This document shows, one piece after another, positions 50,372 through 62,000 of a stretch of 64,000 nt of DNA. Below the pieces are notes generated by a model. The model saw only the letters and a program-made list of their open reading frames with translations. It did no database searches and had not been told where the DNA came from. The stretch's first letter is position 1. Every line of letters starts with the position of its first letter. The DNA comes from Eledone cirrhosa (lineage: Eukaryota), in assembly GCA_964016885.1 (NCBI GenBank), contig OZ024750.1, positions 30,318,001 to 30,382,000 on the forward strand. The letters are read 5' to 3'. The position numbers were made by a program, and so were the translations under genes.

Positions 50372-50598
50372 TTAACCCTTTAGCATTCACATTACGCTAT
50401 ATATACTATTATATTATCATGGTAAAGGCTTTATCTCGCATAATATCTCACATAATATCGAATCTATGAGATTTTGAAAGTATTTATTTTGAGAACAATA
50501 CCTTAACATCAGTATGAGTGGCCACTTACAGCCAATTTCAACAGAAAGCGGTAGAGAATTCAGGCCGGTTTTGACCGGTTTGAACATTAAAGGGTTAA
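50372..50598. mobile_element. MITE family 1
   Basis: ttaaccctttagcatt ... cattaaagggttaa. Confidence 0.88.
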
Positions 50599-51950
50599 AG
50601 AAAAAATACTAACATTTTCATTCTAAAGATTATCAGTCTGAGAGAGAGTGGGCATTTTAGAACTGGTCTTAAGACTACTACCATTAGAGGTGACCAGTCT
50701 GAGAGAGGGAGGACATTTTAAAACTGGGCTTAAAAGGAGGTTAGAGGTGACCAGTCTGAGAGGGGGGGGGGGGGCACTTTAAAACTGGTCTCAAAAAAGA
50801 ATACTAAGGTTGGAGGTGACAATATATTGACAAGGATTATATATATAATCATCATGTTTAACTTCCATTTTTCTATACTAGCATGGGTTAGACAAGTTGT
50901 CCCCTTGTGAGACATGTCAGATCAGATGACTGCGTCTTGCTCATACAGAACTGTTTCTGGTTTGGTTTCTATGGCTGGATGCCCTTCCTAATGCCAACCA
51001 CATTTACAGTGGGACTGGGTGTTTTTTGTTGTAGCACCAACACAACCACTTTACAGTGTGGACTGGGTGCTTATTGTCATGATACCAACATGACCACTTT
51101 ACAGGGTTGACTGGGTAATTTTTTTAGTGACACCGACACTACTCCTAATCAGAATTAAAACCTTCCAATTAACGAAGGCTACAAACAGATTTAATGACAG
51201 AAACATTCAATTATTCTTTATCTGTCTTTTTTCCCTTTTGTTAATCTTCTCTTTCCTTCTCTCTTTCTCCTCTTTCTCTCTCTCTCTCTCCTCTATCTCT
51301 CTCCTTTTGTTTCTCAGTCCGTTGTGGTTTACCAGCTTTACATGGACACATAAATAGATTAAATAAATAAATAAATAAATACAAACATACATAAATAAGG
51401 TGTTACTTTCGACTGCCACTCTCTCTCTCTCCTGTATGCTCACCTTGGCTGAGGAGATATCAGTCCCTACATGCTTCTACATCTGTCCAATATTCTGGAT
51501 AAAGATACACTATTGTGTTGGCAATTTTCAATCAATAAAAATCGGAATATTGATGTAAATTGGCAAGGATAATAAAGGCGAAATAATTATGTTTTGCCTT
51601 TATAGATCAGGAATTTATAAATTGATTGAATTATCTGTCAACGTTATCAGCAGATGTGATTTATGGCTGGATATTGTACTTATTTCTTCGTTTTCAAATT
51701 ATGTTAACGAACAGTTCTTAGATCGTAAAACATTTAAAAAGAATCTTTCCCCAGACACAATCTAAATCATTGATTCCCAAAGTGAGAATTTTCTTTTTAT
51801 TTAACAACCTTTTTTGTTTTCTGTTTAGGTTTTATGGAAAGAAGTTATTGCCTTCTTCTAGCTGAAAAATCTAGGAAATATTTGGCTTCATTTTTTTGCC
51901 GGTTATCTTGTTTATGTACATCATGTTATTTAGTTTCTCTTTCTGATTGC

Positions 51951-52238
51951 ATGGAGGTGCGTGGCCTAGTGATAAGGGTGTTGGACTTACCATCATAAGG
52001 TCATGGGTTCGATTCCTGGTTTCTGTGACATAAAGTGACAGAGTACAAGATTCTCTGCTGGACAAGACTCCATTCCATCACAGGATTAAACCCCCAGCTA
52101 CTGCTGGCACTCATTTTCAGCTGAGTATACTGGAGCAACATGAAATGATGAGTTTTGCTCAAGAACCCAACACACAACCCAGTCCAGGAATTGAACCAAC
52201 AACATTATAAATCCAACAACCTTACCACTAGGCCACAA
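51951..52238. mobile_element. SINE C (minus) with an inverted second tRNA head at its left end
   Basis: gtggcctagtgataagggtgttgga at 51961 versus tccaacaaccttaccactaggccac at ~52212-52236. Confidence 0.7.
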
Positions 52239-53140
52239 GACAAGGGGTTACCAAATTGAGTTTATTCCAAAGAAAAACAAGATTGACTTAACCCAGAAAT
52301 ATATGATGATTAAGATTGACCCCCTCTCCCAAAAGATACAATCTTACAAGCTGGCTGCTGGCTGAACCAACAAAAATATTTCAGAATCTCACTTTGGCAG
52401 AATTTGAACTCAGGATTGTCAGATAGCAAACTTTATCTGACATCCATAAAAATGATATCAGCCAACTGATATCTATATAAAATGATGTCACACAAGTGGT
52501 ATCACCTTCTTTAGGTACCACTTTAGAAGGAGAATCAGAGTGGAGAGAGAGGGGCACTGCACCCCAGTAAATTTACTGAAAGGTGGGTGAATGTGGCAAA
52601 AATGGCCCAAGTGATTGGGCCTTCTCTGTATATAAACCTGTAGGTTGAAGAGAGCAAAAGGAAGAAAGGAGCACTTGCTCAACACTCTCCTGAAGTTGAG
52701 GGTTGTTCTATCGATGGGGTATTAAACAACCCATTTGTGGCGTATATTACCAAGACATGCCGTATATTACCACTACAGCACCTCAACGACTCAATCGGCA
52801 GATAATAGCTCATGCATGCATTCATTCACCACAACAATAATACACATGGTTACCACTAACAACCTGCCTGAACCACCAAAAACCCTTCAAATCATATCCT
52901 AGTGTCTGTAAAATGGAAGGACATGCTGAATAATGTAGGTGCCAGATATACAAAATGACAGGATGGTCACAACTAGAATGCCTTTGATCAGAGATTTGCT
53001 CATTCCGAGCTAACATGGGATTAAACAACTTGCACTATCTGCTAACAAGGGTCTCAACCCTTTATGAACATCAATCTTACCAATGTAAAGGTATCAAAAA
53101 TATACTCAAGTATCAGATGCTTTCATTATTGAATATTCTC

Positions 53141-53331
53141 GGGGCGGTGGATTGGCAGTATCAGTAGAGGGTCGGACACCATGCTTTCCAGCATAGTTAC
53201 GTCCCTTTACGGTCTGAGTTCAAATCCCGCCGAGGTTAACTTTGCCTTTCATCCTTACGGGGTCGATAAAATAAAGTACCAGTAATGTACTGGGTAATTG
53301 ATGGCCTTGTGCCAAAAAGTGGAAACAATTA
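53141..53331 (+). mobile_element. SINE A, full length, 16-bp TSD
   Basis: attattgaatattctc at 53125-53140 and 53328-53343. Confidence 0.92.
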
Positions 53332-53507
53332 TTGAATATTCTCTTGAAGAATCATTTTAACCATTCAATAAACACAAAAAACTGTTAAATTCACTTAATA
53401 TTTATCATATATATATTTTTTTTTACCACAGCTGAGGAAAGATCAATGTGGCTAAAGACTACTAGAACTAAGATAGGATACATAAAGTCACAAACATTGA
53501 TAGCTGT

Positions 53508-53912
53508 TTAATCCTTCAGCATTTAAACCGGCCGTATCTGGCCAGAATTCTCTTAACCTCTTTCTGTTCAAACTGGTTGTAACTGGCAGCTCAAACCGAC
53601 ATTAATGTATGATTCTCAAAATAAATATCAAAATCTCATAGATTTGATACTATGTGAAATAAAGCCTTTTATGTGAAAATACAATAGTAAATATAGAATA
53701 ATTGTTTCTACTTTTGGCACAAGGCCATCAATTACCCAGTACATTACTGGTACTTTATTTTATCGACCCCGTAAGGATGAAAGGCAAAGTTAACCTTGGC
53801 GGGATTTGAACTCAGACCGTAAAGGGACGTAACTATGCTGGAAAGCATGGCGTCCGACTCTCTACCGATACTGCCAATCCACAATAGAATAATGTGAATG
53901 GTAAAGGGTTAA
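53508..53912. mobile_element. MITE family 1 with SINE A (53699-53883, minus)
   Basis: TTAA ends; atagaataat duplicated around the SINE. Confidence 0.87.
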
Positions 53913-54169
53913 ATAGATGTGAAGTGTTAGATCTATCAATGGTCTTTGTGGCTGAGTAGTGTAAACCACAGAAATGGGAAACAAGGTCACCCATTGGAAG
54001 AGGGTAAAAAAAATAGCAGGAGGACACCTAGGAGTCATGACCTAGGTGGGTCTGGCCCCCTTAGAATGTTAGAAGGAATGTCAGAAGATCTTCCTGCTGT
54101 CTGCTCACCCTGTTGCGAGTTTCCACCGAATTGGTGTCAAAATGTTCATCACAATTACAGAGAAACTGT

Positions 54170-54422
54170 CAGTGACCTAGTCACAAACAAAGCACTACAG
54201 AGTGACCTGGTCACAAACAAAGCATTACAGAGTGACCTGGTCACAAACAAAGCACTACAGAGTGACCTGGTCACAAACAAAGCACTACAAAGTGACCTGG
54301 TCACAAACAAAGCATTACAGAGCGACCTGGTCACAAACAAAGCATTACAGAGTGACCTGGTCACAAACAAAGCATTACAGAGTGACCTGGTCACAAACAA
54401 AGCATTACAGTGACCTGGTCAC
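54170..54422. repeat. 30-bp minisatellite, ~8 copies
   Basis: agtgacctggtcacaaacaaagcattacag; 10-aa period in the ORFs. Confidence 0.96.
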
Positions 54423-54689
54423 TTGCCAAACAAGTACAACTCCCAAATCGAATATTCTTTTCTTTAAAATACTTTTATTATTGTACATCAAAACTAAATT
54501 AAGAACTAATCAATCAGGATTAGACAAATCAAAACTAATGGAGTTTGATTACTACTATAAAAAGAAGGATTAAAATATTGTCAAATGTATTCTCAGCTGT
54601 TCAATCAAACAGTAGATGTCATGAGAACATAAAACAAACCTGCTTTGCAGAAAATGTCTTCTTGCTAAAGCTACTGGTGTTCCTATTTA

Positions 54690-54872
54690 ATTGGCAGTAT
54701 TGGTAGAGGTTCGGACGCCATGCTTTGCAGCATAGTCACGGCCCTTTACGATCTGAGTTCAAATCCTGCCAAGGTTAACTTTGCCTTTCATCCTTATGGG
54801 GTCGATAAAATAAAGTACCAGTAATGCACTGGAATAATTGCTGGCCTTGTGCCAAAAGTAGAAAGAATTATT
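54690..54872 (+). mobile_element. SINE A
   Basis: Head, body and tail present. Confidence 0.88.
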
Positions 54873-55356
54873 TTAAAGATAATCATTATCGTCATGATGG
54901 TATTGAAAGAACGAAAGTACTTAAAGAATGGAAGTATTTGATAACAAAATCCTGTGTTTACTTTCTCGATTATGTCTTCGATGTCATTCTCTAATTAAGG
55001 TTGAAACCAATAAATTATTGGGACCTGTGTTCGCCAATAGTGCCCAACAACAATATCAAGGAAAGCCAATGAAAGCGCCTGTATATATTCTTTTGTTCTG
55101 CTAGAAATAGCAGTCAAATATCCTTCAAATGATAGCCACCCATTGTCCTCGAAGTAGGGCAGGGGCATCTTAAACAATGTAGTCCTAGATTCTCTTACAA
55201 CAACATGCTAATCACAAATGAACTGTGTGAGATAAGTCCGTGTATCATTGACAACAGTTCTCTAGTGTGTGTCTCGTCATTTGAGCCAAGTCATTTTGAA
55301 CGAAGTTAAAATTATTTTCATTTTGAGAGATGGCTATTAAGCGATGTCAGTTTATA

Positions 55357-55765
55357 TCATCATCATCGATTAACGTCTATCTTCCACGCTAGCATGGGTT
55401 AGACGGGTTTGTCCCATTTAGAGGTAAGTTGGGTCGGGTGACCGTGTCTCGCTCATATAGGAGAGTTTCTGGCTGGCTTTCTACAGTTGGATGCCCTCCT
55501 AACGCCAACCACATTGACAGAGTGTGCTGGGTGGTTTTTGCCATGTCTTTTACACGTCCACTTTACAGTGTGTGCTGGGTGTTTGGGGGCTAGTTTCCTA
55601 CAGCTGGATACCCTTCCTAACGCCAACCACATTTACAGTGTATGCTGGGTGCTTTTTGTCGTGACACCTTTACAGTGTGGGCTGGATGTTCTTTACAGAG
55701 TGGACTGGACACCTTTGTCGTGTCAACAATACAACCACTTTCCAGTGGGGCCTGGGCACTTTTGT
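55357..55765 (-). mobile_element. RTE-tailed SINE-like element related to 17357-17750 and 50850-51140
   Basis: ttaacgtctatcttccacgctagcatgggtt tail; duplicated ggat.ccc.tcctaacgccaaccacatt body. Confidence 0.75.
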
Positions 55766-56226
55766 CTTGAGACTAGGGAGGGTAGAGGAGCTTGGGGGGG
55801 GGGGGTAGTACAGGAGGTATGGTTACTGTTAAGGGAGGTGAATGAGGGGGGGTAGAAGGTTGAAGAAGGTGTTGCCTACTAGGCATAAGCGTCATCCTGA
55901 GAATAATAGAGGGCGGGTCTTCTGTAAAACTGCATAGCACTAGAGGTCACGGTCCTGAGTCATTGTCTATATATATATATACATACATATATATATATAT
56001 ATGCTAGCGTGGAAGAACGGACGTAAAACGGTGATGATGATGATGATGATGATGATACACATACAACAACAACTATTCACTCCTCACGTTTTCCTATCCT
56101 ACATATATGACAGACAGGGGGAGAAACAGATTCTCTTGTATAATATAGATAGATTGAAAGAAATGGGATATTTTTTTCATATATGTGTAATATCATTATA
56201 TATATATATATATATATATATAACTA

Positions 56227-56415
56227 GGGCGGTGGATTGGCAGTATCGGTAGAGGGTCGGACGCCATGCTTTCCAGCATAGTTACGTCCCTTTACGATCT
56301 GAGTTCAAATCCCGCCGAGGTTGACTTTGCCTTTCATCCTTACGGGGTCGATAAAATAAAGTACTAGTAATGCACTGGGTAATTGCTGGCCTTGTGCCTA
56401 AAGTAGAAACAATTA
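56227..56415 (+). mobile_element. SINE A, full length, near consensus
   Basis: gggcggtggattggcagtatcggtagag..gagttcaaatccc..gtagaaacaatta. Confidence 0.92.
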
Positions 56416-58273
56416 TATATATATATATATATAACAATATCGCGTACAAATCAGGCTGTAGTATGTGTGTCAGCTGACCCTGCGATGGACTGGCGTTCTA
56501 TCCAGTGAGGAGTCTTGTAGCCTCAGTCGTTTAACGCCACGGAAACTGGGAAAAGCACCGAGCTGATGAGCTTCTGAACTCATGACAGGCTTTAAACTTT
56601 AGGAAGAGGGGGCACCATTTTATTCCAAACTGAAGGTATTTATCATTAAAATATATAGGGAGGGGGAACCATTATTTTTTTAAGTGATTAAGAACTTAGT
56701 CCGCAAACCCTGGGGTCCTCTGAGCTAAGTTCAAAATTGCAATAACTTTGTTGAAAAAATAATAAAATAATATATACATGCAATTTGAAAGGAGAGTAAT
56801 TATAACAGGTAAAATTAATTTAAATAAAAGGAATCTTTGATAGACAAAAGTTTGGGAATCACTACACTATGTGTAGAAACGGAATAAATCGTGTGAATTG
56901 GACGAGATAGTTTCATTTCCTTCGATCGAGATCTATTGTCAATGACACTCATGTTTTCGTTGTAAATTGTGTCACCAAAGCGGAAAGAAAGCTAATAAAA
57001 ATAAACATACAATGAGAGAGGAAGAGGGGGGGGGGGGGGGGTCAGTGCTATGAAAGCTATATTAAGTAGCTTACAAGTTTGTACGTGGTGAGAATGAATC
57101 AAAGTCCCTACAGTTACTATTGTAAACTCAATCGTTGCTCGACCAAATCGAAATAGCAACCAAATCACCTTTAAATCACACTCTACCCTCTTATATAATT
57201 GTTTGTACTTTTGGCACAAGGCCAGCAATTATCCTAGTGTATTACTGGTACTTTATTTTATCGACCCCGTAAGGATGAAAGGCAAAGTTAACCTCGGCGG
57301 GATTATTTGATTATATGTTGCTAGACGTATTGTTCTGGAAAATATGATAGGATTGCCATGACTGGAATGCTCCTTTCATTATAGAATTGCTTAATAATGA
57401 CTGGTCTGGGGTTAAACATCAACAACGTGAGTGTGAAAGAAATTATAAGGGAACATCTACATATAATTTCTTTCTTGCTCATCCTACTAGAAATAGCAGC
57501 CGAATTTCTCCTTAAATCATACTACCAAAGTAGTTCCCATTTCTCAACCTTTTCACAACCAAGGAAGAACTTAAATCAATTTTCCCACAGACCACCGCCA
57601 CCCCCACCAGATTCTTAGAGAGCGAGAATAACAATTAAAGATTTAAAAAATGTTTATATTTAGAGAAGAATGGATAACCAGTAGTGTTTGAATACTTTGG
57701 GTGGGTCACACAGCATGACTCTTCCAAAGTATAACAATATCTGTATCAACACACGATTTCGCATCAAGAATCATCTTAAACAATATCTGTATTATGTTTT
57801 TAACAAAATACTAGAAATGTTGAACTGAGCTTAGTTCTACTTTGACGGCCTCCAGCTTGGGAACTATTTGCTTTAAATTGATTTCTAATACTACACTGGA
57901 CAATGTAATGTTAGATACGTGATAACTGACTAAAAGACAGGAAGGTCATGGCTGGAATGTCTGTGATAATACGCGTGCTCAATCAAGGCTAAATAATAAC
58001 AACACGAGTGTTGATATAATTGATAATAATTTATCATTTGCCACAAGGAGGACCGATGATTAAAAAAAAGGGGGGGGGGGGAGAAGTGAGAGAAGACCCA
58101 CACAATCAATTACATTCTACAACAAATCGGAGCTGAAGTTTCCCTCTAATAATCTTTCAGGCAAACCAACACACTAGTAACATTGTCACCGGCGATAGCA
58201 AGGCTAAGACGCTGGAATAACCAAGCACCCTCTCTAGGAGCATCGCCTCATATGTCAGTAAATTAAATGATTA

Positions 58274-58458
58274 ATAATTGTTTCTACTTTTGGCACAAAG
58301 CCAGCAATTACCCAGTGTATTACTGGTACTTTATTTTATCGACCCCGGAAGGATGAAAGGCAAAGTTAACCTCGGCGGGATTTGAACTCAGATCATACAG
58401 GGAGGTAACTCTATGCTTCAAAGCATGGCATCCGACCCTCTACCTATACTGCCAATCA
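58274..58458 (-). mobile_element. SINE A
   Basis: Reverse complement of the family consensus. Confidence 0.9.
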
Positions 58459-59035
58459 ATGACAAGAACATCGTTGTCAAACGACCCAGCCAGGGCAATA
58501 TCAATTATTAAGCAAAATAAGCACATGTTTAGGGCATCAAAGAAAGAGGGGAGATCGTTGTATTTAAATTAAATATATTTATCATGACCAAAAAAAAAAA
58601 AAATGTTTGCAAACTTTATAGAGGGAGGGGGCAGCATAATCTTTAAAGTGCTTAGGGCCTCAAAGGACTTTAATTAGAAGACCGTGGGCCCAGGTCTTCT
58701 AATTAAAGGTGATTGTATACACAGTATAAAAAATATGATAATGTCCCAAGAGGAGAAACGTTACCTAGGACGAGTCAACGAAACCCAAAGATCTATTGAG
58801 GGTTAAATGCCCTCTCCTAGATGTATTCTTAGGCTAACAGGATTGTGACCCCATTTACTCGGAACATGCTCGTCACTCTTGTCAACCTTTCAACAATTTT
58901 ACTTGAGGACAATACCACTTATCCAAGTAGGACTTGAAAAAAATATATTGATGAAGTTGCTTGGTTGAAGACAATTGTGTTCGAAGTGCTTTCTGTAGCG
59001 TCTACCACACAACCACTTTCACCGTAGCCACAAGA

Positions 59036-62000
59036 TAGAGGAAAGCTGCCTGTCCTTCCTAACACCTGACAGAGGAAAGCTGCCTGTCCTTCCTAACACC
59101 TGACAGAGGAAAGCTGCCTGTCCTTCCTAACATCTGACAGAGGAAAGCTGCCAGTCCTTCCTAACATCCGACAGAGGAAAGCTACCTGTCCTTCCTAACA
59201 TCTAAAGAGGAAAGCTGCCTGTCCTTCCTAACATCTGACAGAGGAAAGCTGCCTGTCCTCCCTAACACCTGACAGAGGAAAGCTGCCTGTCCTTCCTAAC
59301 ATCTAACAGATGAAAGCTGCCTGTCCTTCCTAACATCTGACAGAGGAAAGCTGCCTGTCCTTCCTAACATCTGACAGATGAAAGCTGCCTGTCCTTCCTA
59401 ACATCTGACAGATAAAATGCTGCCTGTCCTTCCTAACACCTGACAGAGGAAAGCTGCCTGTCCTTCCTAACAACTAACAGAGGAAAGCTGCCTGTCCTTC
59501 CTAACATCTGACAGGAAAGCTGCCAGTCCTTCCTAACACCTGACAGAGGAAAGCTGCCTGTCCTTCCTAACATCTAACAGATGAAAGCTGCCTGTCCTTC
59601 CTAACATCTAACAGATGAAAGCTGCCTGTCCTTCCTAACATCTAACAGATGAAAGCTGCCTGTCCTTCCTAACACCTGACAGAGGAAAGCTGCCTGTCCT
59701 TCCTAACATCTGACAGATGAAAGCTGCCTGTCCTTCCTAACATCTAACAGATGAAAGCTGCCTGTCCTTCCTAACACCTGACAGAGGAAAGCTGCCTGTC
59801 CTTCCTAACACCTGACAGAGGAAAGCTGCCTGTCCTTCCTAACATCTGACAGATGAAAGCTGCCTGTCCTTCCTAACATCTAACAGATGAAAGCTGCCAG
59901 TCCTTCCTAACATCTAACAGATGAAAGCTGCCTGTCCTTCCTAACATCTAACAGAGGAAAGCTGCCAGTCCTTCCTAACACCTGACAGATGAAAGCTGCC
60001 TGTCCTTCCTAACATCTAACAGAGGAAAGCTGCCAGTCCTTCCTAACATCTAACAGATGAAAGCTGCCTGTCCTTCCTAACATCTAACAGAGGAAAGCTG
60101 CCAGTCCTTCCTAACACCTGACAGATGAAAGCTGCCTGTCCTTCCTAACATCTAACAGAGGAAAGCTGCCTGTCCTTCCTAACATCTAACAGATGAAAGC
60201 TGCCTTCCTTCCTAACATCTGACAGAGGAAAGCTGCCTGTCCTTCCTAACAACTAACAGAGGAAAGCTGCCTGTCCTTCCTAACATCTAACAGATGAAAG
60301 CTGCCTGTCCTTCCTAACATCTAACAGAGGAAAGCTGCCTGTCCTTCCTAACATCTAACAGATGAAAGCTGCCTGTCCTTCCTAACATCTAACAGAGGAA
60401 AGCTGCCTGTCCTTCCTAACAACTAACAGAGGAAAGCTGCCTGTCCTTCCTAACATCTAACAGATGAAAGCTGCCTGTCCTTCCTAACATCTAACAGAGG
60501 AAAGCTGCCTGTCCTTCCTAACAACTAACAGAGGAAAGCTGCCTGTCCTTCCTAACATCTAACAGATGAAAGCTGCCTGTCCTTCCTAACATCTAACAGA
60601 GGAAAGCTGCCTGTCCTTCTTAACATCTGACAGATGAAAGCTGCCTTCCTTCCTAACATCTGACAGAGGAAAGCTGTTTGTCCTTCCTAACATCTAACAG
60701 AGAAAAGCTGCCTGTCCTTCCTAACAGAGGAAAGCTGCCTGTCCTTCCTAACATCTAACAGATGAAAGCTGCCTGTCCTTCCTAACATCTAACAGAGGAA
60801 AGCTGCTAGTCCTTCCTAACATCTAACAGAGGAAAGCTGCTTGTCCTTCCTAACATCTAACAGAGGAAAGCTGCCTGTCCTTCCTAACACCTGACAGATG
60901 AAAGCTGCCTGTCCTTCCTAACATCTAACAGAGGAAAGCTGCTAGTCCTTCCTAACATCTAACAGAGGAAAGCTGCTTGTCCTTCCTAACATCTAACAGA
61001 TGAAAGCTGCCTGTCCTTCCTAACATCTAACAGAGGAAAGCTGCTAGTCCTTCCTAACATCTAACAGAGGAAAGCTGCTTGTCCTTCCTAACATCTAACA
61101 GAGGAAAGCTGCCTGTCCTTCCTAACATCTAACAGAGGAAAGCTGCTAGTCCTTCCTAACATCTGACAGAGGAAAGCTGCCTGTCCTTCCTAACACCTGA
61201 CAGATGAAAGCTGCCTGTCCTTCCTAACATCTGACAGAGGAAAGCTGCCTGTCCTTCCTAACAACTGACATATGAAAGGTGCCTGTCCTTCCTAACAACT
61301 GACAGATGAAAGCTGCCTGTCCTTCCTAACATCTAACAGAGGAAAGCTTCCTGTCCTTCCTAACATCTAACAGATGAAAGCTGCCTGTCCTTCCTAACTG
61401 ACAGATGAAAGCTGCCTGTCCTTCCTAACACCTGACAGAGGAAAGCTGCCTGTCCTTCCTAACATCTGACAGATGAAAGCTGCCTGTCCTTCCTAACATC
61501 TAACAGATGAAAGCTGCCTGTCCTTCCTAACACCTGACAGAGGAAAGCTGCCTGTCCTTCCTAACACCTGACAGAGGAAAGCTGCCTGTCCTTCCTAACA
61601 TCTGACAGATGAAAGCTGCCTGTCCTTCCTAACATCTAACAGATGAAAGCTGCCAGTCCTTCCTAACATCTAACAGATGAAAGCTGCCTGTCCTTCCTAA
61701 CATCTAACAGAGGAAAGCTGCCAGTCCTTCCTAACACCTGACAGATGAAAGCTGCCTGTCCTTCCTAACATCTAACAGAGGAAAGCTGCCTGTCCTTCCT
61801 AACATCTAACAGATGAAAGCTGCCTTCCTTCCTAACATCTGACAGAGGAAAGCTGCCTGTCCTTCCTAACAACTAACAGAGGAAAGCTGCCTGTCCTTCC
61901 TAACATCTAACAGATGAAAGCTGCCTGTCCTTCCTAACATCTAACAGAGGAAAGCTGCCTGTCCTTCCTAACATCTAACAGATGAAAGCTGCCTGTCCTT

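Noticed and set aside
53946-54573. ORFs with SDLVTNKALQ repeats
   Set aside because: Consequence of a stop-free 30-bp tandem repeat, open on both strands.
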